Below, one piece after another: positions 1-8,671 of a DNA stretch of 44,563 nt. A program made the position numbers and the translations under genes. The notes beneath the pieces were generated by a model. The model worked only from the letters and a program-made list of their open reading frames with translations, was not told the origin of the DNA and did no database searches. Within the stretch, counting starts at the first letter, position 1. The number at the start of each line of letters is the position of its first letter. This DNA comes from an uncultured Planctomycetales bacterium (GTDB lineage Bacteria; Omnitrophota; Gorgyraeia; Gygaellales; Profunditerraquicolaceae): the NCBI GenBank assembly GCA_964399915.1, contig CAYNRN010000004.1, positions 2,362-46,924 of the forward strand, read 5' to 3'.

Positions 1-897
1 ATGAAATTAAAAAAGTTGGCGCTGGCAGACAAAGGATTATTCCGCAGGTTTCTTAGAGCCGAAAGCCACGAATTATCCGTTTACAGTTTTGAAAATATAT
101 TTATCTGGAAAGGGCTCTTTGAGATTAGCTGGGGGATAAGTTCAGGCAACCTCTGCGTCTTCTTTAAAGATAAAATCGGCAGCTTTATGTATCTGCCGCC
201 TTTAGGCAGGGGAAATAAAGCGAAATCGCTGCTTGAGGCGTTTGCCTTAATGGGCAGGGTTAACGAGAATGAAGATATCTGCCGGGTAGAGAATATAGAA
301 GAGAAGGGGCTGGGGTGGTTTAAAGAAAAAGGGTTTAGCTGTTACGAAAAACCGCCTGAGTACCTTTGCCTAAGGCAGCGGCTGGCTGATTTAAAAGGCG
401 ATAATTACAAATCCAAACGCGCGGCCTGTAACTATTTTGAGAAGAATTATTCGTTTGAGTGCACGCCTTACGCGGATAAATATAAAAAAGGATGCCTTAA
501 ACTTTACGAGGCATGGGTAAAGCAGCGCAGCTCACCGGATAGGGGCGCGCTATACAAAGGCATGTTATCCGACGCAAGGGTCTGCCTTAAAAGCCTCTTA
601 GATAATTTCTCCGGATTAAACTTAAAAGGCATAACGGTTATCATAGGCAAAGAGATAAAGGCTTTTACTTTCGGTTTTGAAATAAACAGAGAAAGCTTTT
701 GCGTGCTCTTTGAGGTAGCTGACCTTTCCCTGAAAGGGATTGCCCAGCTAATCTTCAGGGAATTCTGCCGGCAATTGAAGGGCTATAAATATATCAATAT
801 TATGGATGATTCCGGACTGGAGAATTTAAAGCGGGTTAAACTCTCTTATCATCCGTTCAAGCCAGTGCCGGGTTATGTCGCGACGAAAAAGTCCTGA
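1..897 (+). CDS. DUF2156 / aminoacyl-phosphatidylglycerol synthase C-terminal-like (GNAT-fold) protein
   Basis: 298-aa ORF. Motifs SFENIFIW, EYL..RQRLADLKG..YKSKR..CNYF, and C-terminal YINIMDDSGLENLKRVKLSYHP resemble the DUF2156 family (INREEDxGxxGLRxAKxSYxP). Confidence 0.7.
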   Translation: MKLKKLALADKGLFRRFLRAESHELSVYSFENIFIWKGLFEISWGISSGNLCVFFKDKIGSFMYLPPLGRGNKAKSLLEAFALMGRVNENEDICRVENIEEKGLGWFKEKGFSCYEKPPEYLCLRQRLADLKGDNYKSKRAACNYFEKNYSFECTPYADKYKKGCLKLYEAWVKQRSSPDRGALYKGMLSDARVCLKSLLDNFSGLNLKGITVIIGKEIKAFTFGFEINRESFCVLFEVADLSLKGIAQLIFREFCRQLKGYKYINIMDDSGLENLKRVKLSYHPFKPVPGYVATKKS

Positions 898-906
898 GGG
901 GGACCC

Positions 907-1719
907 TTGAAGATCAGCGAGGTTGAATTCACGGTTTTTGATACCGAGACTACCGGATTACAGCCGCAAGAGGGCGACAGGATAGTAGAGATAGCGGCAA
1001 TCCGGATCAAGGGCGATAAAATTCTCGGCACTTTTGAGAGCCTGGCTAACCCCGGCAGGGCTATTTCCGATGCCGCCTTTGAGGTAAATCACATCACTCC
1101 GATGATGATTAAAGGGGCGCCAAAAATCGAGGCAATCCTGCCCGAATTCCTCGCCTTCTGCGGAAACAGCTGCCTCTGCTCTTATAATGCCGGGTTTGAT
1201 ATGGGGTTTCTTAATCATGAATTAAAGCGGATGGGCAGGGATTTTCTGCGTCAGGCGCAGATTGTAGATATATTGAAGATGTCCCGCAGGCTTTTGCCCG
1301 GCCTTGAGCGTTATGCTTTATGGTTTGTGGCGCAGCAGCTGGGCCTAAAAGAACAGCAGCAGCACCGCGCGCTTTCTGATGTCAGGCTGACCCTCGGCGT
1401 ATTTAACCGGCTGAGGGATAATTTAAACCGCAAGGGGGTAGATGACTTTGATAATTTCCTTTCCCTCTTCGGACTGGGGATGAATTATACAAACGACCTG
1501 AATAACCGCAAAATCGTCCAGATACAGGAAGCAATCGACCTGGGGATAAAATTAAATATAAGATATATTTCTTCCTCCGGGCAGGTTACGGAAAGAGAAG
1601 TCACTCCCAAGCAGATCCGTCAGGAAAATTCACACTACTATATGAGCGGATACTGCTCGTTACGTAATGAGGAGAGAAGTTTTAGGATAGATGGCATATT
1701 ACATCTTGAAGCAGTATGA
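907..1719 (+). CDS. DEDDh 3'-5' exonuclease (DnaQ/PolC-like) fused to a C-terminal WYL domain
   Basis: ExoI FDTETTG, ExoII YNAGFD, ExoIII HRALSD. The C-terminal ~70 aa (IQEAIDLG..LNIRY..SGQVTEREVTP..YYMSGYCSLRNEERSFRIDGI) follow the WYL pattern. TTG start. Confidence 0.85.
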   Translation: MKISEVEFTVFDTETTGLQPQEGDRIVEIAAIRIKGDKILGTFESLANPGRAISDAAFEVNHITPMMIKGAPKIEAILPEFLAFCGNSCLCSYNAGFDMGFLNHELKRMGRDFLRQAQIVDILKMSRRLLPGLERYALWFVAQQLGLKEQQQHRALSDVRLTLGVFNRLRDNLNRKGVDDFDNFLSLFGLGMNYTNDLNNRKIVQIQEAIDLGIKLNIRYISSSGQVTEREVTPKQIRQENSHYYMSGYCSLRNEERSFRIDGILHLEAV

Positions 1720-3055
1720 ATTGCGCTCATCGCCCTGGCAGATATTCTCTGCGTTAAGCCCCGGGCGCCATTCATTTTTCTTAGACAGCAGTTTAAGCCG
1801 CCAGGCCCAAGGAAGATACTCCTTTCTGGGATCAGGCCCCTTTAGTATATTGAAAGGGGATAAACCGGGCATTTTCTGCAGGCTTGCTGATCTGCTGAGC
1901 CGCTATAAAATTTATGCATCCAGGACAGATATCCCTTTTTTAGGAGGGGCAGTAGGTTATCTTGCCTATGATCTGGGTTTGCGCCTTGAAGAAAAGGTAA
2001 TTCCGAAAAAGAAAACCGATTCGCCCGCGCCCGGATATTATTTTGCTTTTTATAACAAAGCGCTGATTATTGACCACCTCAAAAAAAAGGTTTATATTTT
2101 TGCCTGCGGTTTCCCGGAAAAAAACAGGCGCCTGAACCGCCTGCTTGCGCAGGAGAATGCCGGTTCGCTGGCAGGTACTCTTGCCTGCGCAGAAAAATAC
2201 GCTTCCGGAGGTAAAGGGGTTCGTTCAGGGCTTAAGCCGGTAGTCCTAAGCTCCAGTTTTTCCAAAAATGGATATATCGCTGCCGTAAAAAAAGCCAAAG
2301 AGTATATTAAGGCCGGAGACATCTATCAGGTTAATCTTTCTCAGGAGTTCAGCGCCCGCAGTACGTTACCGGCGATAGATATTTATGCCAGGCTAAGGCG
2401 TTTAAGCCCGGCTCATTTCAGCGCGTACCTTGATTGCGGGGTATTCCAGATTTTAAGTTCTTCTCCGGAAAGGTTCCTTCAGGCAAGAGGCAGGCATGTT
2501 TTTACCCGGCCGATGAAAGGCACGCGGCCGCGCGCGCGCGATAAGCTTTCCGATATCAGGTTGAAAGAAGAGCTGATAGCCAGCCGCAAGGACAAGGCGG
2601 AATTGATGATGATCGTAGATCTGGAAAGGAATGACTTAGGCAAAGTCTGTAGCTACGATTCGGTAAGGGTCAAAAGGCTGCGCTGCGTAGAGAGTTACCG
2701 TACCGTGTATCAAACTACTGCCGTTATTTCTGGGAAACTTTACCCCGGTAAAGACCGCATTGACCTTTTGCGTGCCTGTTTTCCCGGCGGCTCGATTACC
2801 GGCTGCCCCAAGATACGCTCGATGCAGATTATCGAAGAGCTTGAGCCGCACCGGCGCGGCATCTATACCGGCTGTCTGGGTTATTTAAGCTTTAACGGCA
2901 ATATGGATTTTAATATACTTATCCGCAGTATCTTAATGGCGGGTAATAAAATATCCTTCGGGGCAGGGGGCGGTATTGTTGCCGATTCCCTCCCGGGGAA
3001 AGAATACGAAGAGACGCTGGTGAAGGCCAGGGCAATGAAGGAGGCGCTGTCATGA
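1691..3055 (+). CDS. pabB: aminodeoxychorismate synthase component I
   Basis: Chorismate-binding motifs PFLGGAVGY, GDIYQVNLS, SSPERFL, PMKGT, MIVDLERNDLG, FPGGSITGCPK, GAGGGIV. Confidence 0.9.
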   Translation: MAYYILKQYELRSSPWQIFSALSPGRHSFFLDSSLSRQAQGRYSFLGSGPFSILKGDKPGIFCRLADLLSRYKIYASRTDIPFLGGAVGYLAYDLGLRLEEKVIPKKKTDSPAPGYYFAFYNKALIIDHLKKKVYIFACGFPEKNRRLNRLLAQENAGSLAGTLACAEKYASGGKGVRSGLKPVVLSSSFSKNGYIAAVKKAKEYIKAGDIYQVNLSQEFSARSTLPAIDIYARLRRLSPAHFSAYLDCGVFQILSSSPERFLQARGRHVFTRPMKGTRPRARDKLSDIRLKEELIASRKDKAELMMIVDLERNDLGKVCSYDSVRVKRLRCVESYRTVYQTTAVISGKLYPGKDRIDLLRACFPGGSITGCPKIRSMQIIEELEPHRRGIYTGCLGYLSFNGNMDFNILIRSILMAGNKISFGAGGGIVADSLPGKEYEETLVKARAMKEALS

Positions 3056-3903
3056 AAAGTCAAAAGTCAAAATCCGTAATATTCTTTGGCGGAAAATTTA
3101 TTTCTGAAGAAGAAGCGATGCTCCCGGTTTTTAGCGACGGGGCTCTTTACGGCTGGGGCGCGTTTGAGAGCATGCGTTTTATAAAAGGCAAGAGCGTATA
3201 TCTTAAAGAACATCTGGAGCGCCTTGCGCAAACTTGCCGTTTGCTGAATATCAATATCGGCTACTCCGCGGCAAAACTAAAGCAGGCAGTTGCTCAGACG
3301 GTCAAGGAGAGCGCCCTGGATGATCTATATCTGAGGATTTCAATCTGGAGGCTTGAGGGGAAAAAGTCAAAGCTTCTGATCCGGGCGCTTAAATATAAGG
3401 CTCCGGCGCAGGGTACATATAGCCGGGGCTTTTCCTGTATAGTCAGCGAATCCGCTCAAAGCAGCGGCTCAATACTTGGGCGGGTTAAAAGCGCTAACTA
3501 CCTCCTGCAGCAGCTTGCCTACGCGCAAGCCCTTAAGAAAGGCTGCGATGAAGCAATCCTGCTTAATAACAGCGGTTATATCGCCGAGGCCAGCCGCAGT
3601 AATATTTTCATGGTGAAAAACGGGGCATTATTTACTCCCGCGCTTGAATGCGGCTGCCTTGACGGGATTACCAGAAGATGCCTGATCGGCCTGGCCTTAA
3701 AAGAGGATATCCCGCTGAACCAGGGGAATTTCACCCTGCAGAACCTCTATGATTGCGATGAGGCATTTTTGACCAATTCCCTGATCGGGATTATGCCGAT
3801 TGATAGCGTGGAAGGGGTAAGGATAGGCAGGCGCCAGGAGAAAGATTCCCTGATGCGCCTTTTAATGAAAAAATACGCAGCATTGCTGAAAAGTGGAAAT
3901 TAA
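3052..3903 (+). CDS. class IV aminotransferase, probable 4-amino-4-deoxychorismate lyase (PabC/IlvE family)
   Basis: YGWGAFES, HLERL, KSANYL (PLP Lys), EASRSNIF, LDGITR, EAFLTNS. Overlaps the pabB stop (ATGA). Confidence 0.85.
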   Translation: MKSQKSKSVIFFGGKFISEEEAMLPVFSDGALYGWGAFESMRFIKGKSVYLKEHLERLAQTCRLLNINIGYSAAKLKQAVAQTVKESALDDLYLRISIWRLEGKKSKLLIRALKYKAPAQGTYSRGFSCIVSESAQSSGSILGRVKSANYLLQQLAYAQALKKGCDEAILLNNSGYIAEASRSNIFMVKNGALFTPALECGCLDGITRRCLIGLALKEDIPLNQGNFTLQNLYDCDEAFLTNSLIGIMPIDSVEGVRIGRRQEKDSLMRLLMKKYAALLKSGN

Positions 3904-5011
3904 AAAAATCCGTTTGCCTTTCAGGATAAAAAAAGCTGTATTAGCCTTAGGCCCCCAGTCTAAGAATACGGTGTGTTTTGCAAAGGGGAACTTCGCGCAA
4001 GTCAGCGCTATCCACGCGGATTTAAACAACCCCAAGGATTTCTTAAATTTTGAAAAAACAGTAAAGTATTTTTTGCGCGAAAATCCGAAAGTAATCGCTT
4101 ACGATATGCATCCCGAATACCAATCTACTAAATTTGCTTTTTCCTTCACTGCTGGCTACTCACTACTAGCTACTCAACATCACCACGCGCACATCGCTTC
4201 CTGTATGGCGGATAATGAGCTGTTAAATCAGAGGGTAATCGGTGTGGCCTTCGACGGCACCGGCATCGGCAGCGATAATTCTCTTTGGGGAGCGGAGTTT
4301 CTCGCTTGTGACTATCGCGGTTTCAAGCGACTGGGCAGCCTGAAACAGATACCTCTTTTGGGGGCGGAAAAGGCGGTTAATCAGCCCTGGCGGCTTGCCC
4401 TGGCCTGGCTCTACAGTATCTACCGCGAAAAACTCTGGGGCATTAAAATTAAATTGTTGAAAAAAATCGACAGGCGCAAGTGGCCGGTACTCAAAAAAAT
4501 GTATTCCTCGGGAGTTAACTCCCCCCTGGCAAGCAGTATGGGCCGGTTATTTGACGCGGCGGCAAGCATCATCTTCGGCGAAGTAGGCAGCGTTTACGAG
4601 GCAGAGTTGGCTATTGAGCTTGAGAAGGCAGCCGGCCGTTGTTCCAAGCAGGGGCGAGGTTATAATTTTTCCGTGGTAAAACAGCACGGCTGCTATGTGA
4701 TCGACCCTGCTGCGATTTTTAAGGGTATTATCCGGGATGCCGCATCCGGCTGCCCCAAGGAAGAAATGGCATATAAGTTTCATCTTGGCGTTGCCGGGAT
4801 GATCCGCCGTATCTGTCTGTTGATTAGAAAAGACACGAAATTAAATAAAGTGGTTTTTTCCGGAGGCGCCTTCCAGAACAGGATTTTACTTGGCCTAGCC
4901 GTTAAGATGCTTGGGGTAGAAGGATTTAATATTATTACGCACAAGAAGCTATCTGCGAATGATTCCTGTATTTCTCTGGGGCAGGCGGTGATAGCGGGGG
5001 TAAAAAGTTAA
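3893..5011 (+). CDS. hypF: carbamoyltransferase HypF, C-terminal Kae1-like domain only (short HypF)
   Basis: QHHHAH, AFDGTG, SSMGRLFDA, SGGAFQN, ND..ISLGQ. Only 372 aa, directly upstream of hypC/hypD. Confidence 0.85.
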   Translation: MEIKKIRLPFRIKKAVLALGPQSKNTVCFAKGNFAQVSAIHADLNNPKDFLNFEKTVKYFLRENPKVIAYDMHPEYQSTKFAFSFTAGYSLLATQHHHAHIASCMADNELLNQRVIGVAFDGTGIGSDNSLWGAEFLACDYRGFKRLGSLKQIPLLGAEKAVNQPWRLALAWLYSIYREKLWGIKIKLLKKIDRRKWPVLKKMYSSGVNSPLASSMGRLFDAAASIIFGEVGSVYEAELAIELEKAAGRCSKQGRGYNFSVVKQHGCYVIDPAAIFKGIIRDAASGCPKEEMAYKFHLGVAGMIRRICLLIRKDTKLNKVVFSGGAFQNRILLGLAVKMLGVEGFNIITHKKLSANDSCISLGQAVIAGVKS

Positions 5012-5224
5012 ATGTGCTTGGCAATCCCTATGAAGATAACCCAAGTCAAAGGCGATTTTGCGCAGGTAAAATCCGGCCGCCTGCTGCGCACGGTTAATAT
5101 TGCGATGCTGGCGGCTGTTCAGCCCGGCGATTATGTAATGGTGCATGCCGGTTTTGCCATAGAAAAAGTTGATCCGATAAAAGCAAAAGCTACCTTAAAA
5201 TTCCTTGACCATGAAATACATTGA
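5012..5224 (+). CDS. hypC: hydrogenase maturation chaperone HypC
   Basis: N-terminal MCLAIP and GDYVMVHAGFAI motif; 70 aa. Confidence 0.97.
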   Translation: MCLAIPMKITQVKGDFAQVKSGRLLRTVNIAMLAAVQPGDYVMVHAGFAIEKVDPIKAKATLKFLDHEIH

Positions 5225-6299
5225 TGAATTCCGCAATTCCAGGCTGATCCGCCGGCTCTTTGGGAAGATCAAAGCCGAATCGGCAGATCAGCCCGTTAAT
5301 ATTATGGAGGTCTGCGGTACGCATACGCAGTCATTCAGGCGTTTTGCCTTATCCGGGCTTCTTCCGCAAAACTTAAGGTTGATCTCCGGGCCGGGGTGCC
5401 CGGTCTGCGTCAGCCAGGAAAGCTTCATCGATTCGGCAATAGAGCTCAGCCGCCGGAAAGATACAATCATCCTGACCTTCGGCGATATGTTGCGCATCCC
5501 GGGAACAAAATCTACTTTAGAGAAAGAAAGCGGCAATTCCGCGGATATAAGAGTAGTATACTCATGCTGGGACGCGCTTAAGGTCGCCCGGGCAAACACT
5601 TCCAAAAGAGCGGTATTCCTGGCAGTAGGTTTTGAAACCACCGCGCCTACGGTAGCCCTGACAATCCTTCAGGCCGCTAAAGAAAAGATCGGGAATATAT
5701 CTTTCCTTTGCGCGCTTAAATTGATCCCTCCGGCGATGCTCTACCTGCTTAAAGACAGAAGATTAAATCTTTCCGGATTCTTATGCCCCGGGCATGTTTC
5801 AACGATAATCGGTGCCAAGGCGTATCTACCGATTGTAAACAATTATCATATTCCTTGCTGTGTCGCGGGTTTCGAGCCCCTGGATATCCTGGAGGGGTTG
5901 CTTATTTTACTCAGAGACATAAACGCAAAACGCGCGCGGATAACCAATGAATACCGCCGGGCAGTAAGGACAAACGGGAATCTCAAGGCGCAGCATTTGA
6001 TTTCGAGCGTATTCAGGAAGGAAGGCGCCGTATGGAGAGGATTGGGGCTCATCCCGCAAAGCGGATTAGTTATCAGGAAAGAATATTCTCGCTTTGACAC
6101 AGCAAAGATTTTTTCATTCAAACTCCAAACTCCAAACTCCAAACTCCCCACTAAATGCAGATGCGCAGAGGTATTAAAAGGGTTGATCCTGCCTCCGGAA
6201 TGCAGGTTATTCGGAGGAGAATGCACCCCCGATAACCCCATCGGGACGTGCATGGTTTCAAGCGAAGGAGCGTGCAATGTGTATTATCGGTATAGATAG
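5211..6299 (+). CDS. hypD: hydrogenase formation protein HypD
   Basis: MEVCGTH, GPGCPVC, GFETT, PGHVS, CMVSSEGAC. ATG at 5211 chosen. Confidence 0.97.
   Translation: MKYIDEFRNSRLIRRLFGKIKAESADQPVNIMEVCGTHTQSFRRFALSGLLPQNLRLISGPGCPVCVSQESFIDSAIELSRRKDTIILTFGDMLRIPGTKSTLEKESGNSADIRVVYSCWDALKVARANTSKRAVFLAVGFETTAPTVALTILQAAKEKIGNISFLCALKLIPPAMLYLLKDRRLNLSGFLCPGHVSTIIGAKAYLPIVNNYHIPCCVAGFEPLDILEGLLILLRDINAKRARITNEYRRAVRTNGNLKAQHLISSVFRKEGAVWRGLGLIPQSGLVIRKEYSRFDTAKIFSFKLQTPNSKLPTKCRCAEVLKGLILPPECRLFGGECTPDNPIGTCMVSSEGACNVYYRYR
6119..6146 (+). repeat. (CAAACTC)x4 heptamer tandem repeat within hypD
   Basis: Four perfect copies read directly; encodes ..KLQTPNSKL.. Confidence 0.9.
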
Positions 6300-8667
6300 C
6301 AGAAAGCTTAGATATCTTTTAATCTTCGGGGTGTGCCTATTAGGCATAACGGCGCTTCATGCGCAGGAGAATGCCTTAAGCAAGGCCGAAGAATACGCCG
6401 GCAAGTCGGCGGATTATTATAAGCAGGCCGAAGCACAATACGCCAAATCCATCAAAGAAAGCAGGGACCCTTCAGAAATATATTTTAAGCTGGGTGAGCT
6501 CTATTATTCTCACGGCGATTTTGCCCAGGCCAAGGAGGCCTTCCTTAAATCAAACAAAGATCAGGCGGTTAAATACATCGCCCTCTCCTGTTACCGCCTC
6601 GGGGATTTTACCGCCGCCCTGGAAGCTTTTAATCAGGAGAAGAGTCTGGATAGCGAATATTTTTATTATTGGGGTATGACTTGCGAAAAACTGAACTTAT
6701 ACGATAAAGCGCTTGAAGTTTACGCAAAAATCAAAGGCGGCGACTTTAAGGCTTTGGCAGGCAGGCGTATCTGGGAAATCCAGAGGCAGGCAGGCGCAGC
6801 GAATATAAAGAACATCGACCCGCAAATACACCAGATATTATCCGCTGCCCCTTCCGCCGAACATTACCCTCAGGCAGGCGCGTTTATCTTAAGCTGCCGG
6901 GAAGAAGTCGAGGTTACCGCGCAGGCAAAAGAAGTCAGCACCCTGCATTATTTAATCAAAATCCTTAACGAAAGAGGAAAAGAAGAATTTTCCGAAGTGC
7001 AGATAGATTACGATTCTACCTATGAGAAGGTTGAGCTGGAATACGCCCGCGTTATCCAGCCGGACGGCAGCGTCAGCGAAGTCGGCAGCCGCCACTTGCG
7101 GGATGTCTCTAAATACTTAAATTTCCCGCTTTACAGCAACGCGCGCGTTTTTATTATCTCTTTCCCGGAAATTACGCTCGGCTCAGCGATAGAATATAAG
7201 GTCAGGGTTTTCGGCAGCAAACTGATTAATAAAGATGATTTTGTGATTAATTATCCGCTTGAAACCACAGAGCCGGTTATCAGCGCCTCATTCAAATTAA
7301 GCGTCCCTAAAGAGAAGAAAGTTTTCTTTAAGATAATAAATAAAAAATATAACCGCGCAAAAGCCAAACTCTTGCCGCGGGAGTCGCTCGCCGGGAATAA
7401 GAGGGTTTACAGCTGGGGTTTTAAAGATATACCCCAGATTATCCCCGAGCCGGCGATGTCCCCGGCCTGCGAAATTAACCCGGCTGTGCTCATCTCTACT
7501 TTTAAATCGTGGCAGGAAGTTTACGGGTGGTGGCGAGGTTTAGCCTGGGATAAAATCAAATCCGACGCCGCGATTAAGGCAAAAGTAAAATCGCTGACTG
7601 CGGGGGCGGCTAACGATAAGGAGAAGGCGCGCTCAATTTACGATTTTTGCGCTCAAAATATCCGTTACGTCGCAGTGGAATACGGAGACGCGGGGTATGA
7701 GCCGCATGCGGCAGCGGATATCTTCAAAAATAAATACGGCGATTGCAAAGACCAGGCAATACTTCTCTGTGCCATGCTTAAGGAGGCAGGGATCCAGGGA
7801 TGGCCGGTCTTAATCCCCACCAAGGGAGTATACGACTTAAATAAAGATTTCCCTTCAGCATTATTCAACCACTGTATCGCCGCAGCCGAAGTAGGCGGGG
7901 AAGTTATTTTTCTTGACCCTACTGCAGAGACTTGTTCCTTCGGAGATTTGCCTGCCCCGGATCAGGGACGCAGTGTTTTAGTCTTTAAGGAGGGGAATTT
8001 CAAGATTATGCGTACGCCTCTTTTTGCGGCTGAACACAATTCCTCCGCGGAGATAATGGAGATTGGCCTCTCCGCAAGCGGGTCGGTCAATATCAAAAGA
8101 CAAGTGCGCAGCGCAGGGATATACCAGCAGGCGCAGCGTTATTGGCTGCTTTATACCCCTCCGCAATTGATTGAAGAAGCGCTCAAATCAAAAGCGCAGG
8201 AGATTTCTATCGGAGCGAAGCTTTTAAATTACCGCATAGAAAATTTAAAAGATCTGGATAAAAGCGTAGAGTTGGTTTACAGTTTCCGCGGCCCGGAATA
8301 TTTTACCGATGCCGGGCCTTTAAAAATATTGCCGCAACTGGCAGGAATGGATACTTCGTTAGTCGCCAAAGATAAACGGGTTTATCCGCTTGATTTTACT
8401 ATCCTGGATTTAAAAAAGGTATATTTAGAGATTGCGTTGCCCGATGCCTTTGTTGTAAAATATATACCTCCGGTTGTCATGCGGGATAGCCCGTGGATGC
8501 GGGTTTCGGCGCAATACCGGCAAGGCCCCGGGAAGATAGCCTTCAGCCAGAATGTTGAGCTGAAAAAAACTACAGTATCTCAGGCAGAATATCAGGATTT
8601 CAAAAGTTTCATTGAGGGGCTGGCCAAAGATTTAAAACAAAGGATAGTCCTGGAAAAGGCAGGATAA
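6277..8667 (+). CDS. exported TPR + DUF3857 + transglutaminase-like domain protein
   Basis: Signal-like N-terminus, TPR-like helices, a DUF3857-like region, and the transglutaminase triad region IRYVAVEYG..YGDCKDQA..FNHCI..FLDPT. Confidence 0.8.
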   Translation: MCIIGIDSRKLRYLLIFGVCLLGITALHAQENALSKAEEYAGKSADYYKQAEAQYAKSIKESRDPSEIYFKLGELYYSHGDFAQAKEAFLKSNKDQAVKYIALSCYRLGDFTAALEAFNQEKSLDSEYFYYWGMTCEKLNLYDKALEVYAKIKGGDFKALAGRRIWEIQRQAGAANIKNIDPQIHQILSAAPSAEHYPQAGAFILSCREEVEVTAQAKEVSTLHYLIKILNERGKEEFSEVQIDYDSTYEKVELEYARVIQPDGSVSEVGSRHLRDVSKYLNFPLYSNARVFIISFPEITLGSAIEYKVRVFGSKLINKDDFVINYPLETTEPVISASFKLSVPKEKKVFFKIINKKYNRAKAKLLPRESLAGNKRVYSWGFKDIPQIIPEPAMSPACEINPAVLISTFKSWQEVYGWWRGLAWDKIKSDAAIKAKVKSLTAGAANDKEKARSIYDFCAQNIRYVAVEYGDAGYEPHAAADIFKNKYGDCKDQAILLCAMLKEAGIQGWPVLIPTKGVYDLNKDFPSALFNHCIAAAEVGGEVIFLDPTAETCSFGDLPAPDQGRSVLVFKEGNFKIMRTPLFAAEHNSSAEIMEIGLSASGSVNIKRQVRSAGIYQQAQRYWLLYTPPQLIEEALKSKAQEISIGAKLLNYRIENLKDLDKSVELVYSFRGPEYFTDAGPLKILPQLAGMDTSLVAKDKRVYPLDFTILDLKKVYLEIALPDAFVVKYIPPVVMRDSPWMRVSAQYRQGPGKIAFSQNVELKKTTVSQAEYQDFKSFIEGLAKDLKQRIVLEKAG

Positions 8668-8671
8668 ATCT

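Noticed and set aside
907-1719. Defence island around the WYL-exonuclease
   Set aside because: The neighbours are metabolic genes; no other defence or mobility genes are present.
6119-6146. Possible CRISPR array from the short repeats
   Set aside because: These are 7-bp tandem units without spacers and no cas genes are present; no CRISPR array was seen anywhere in the window.
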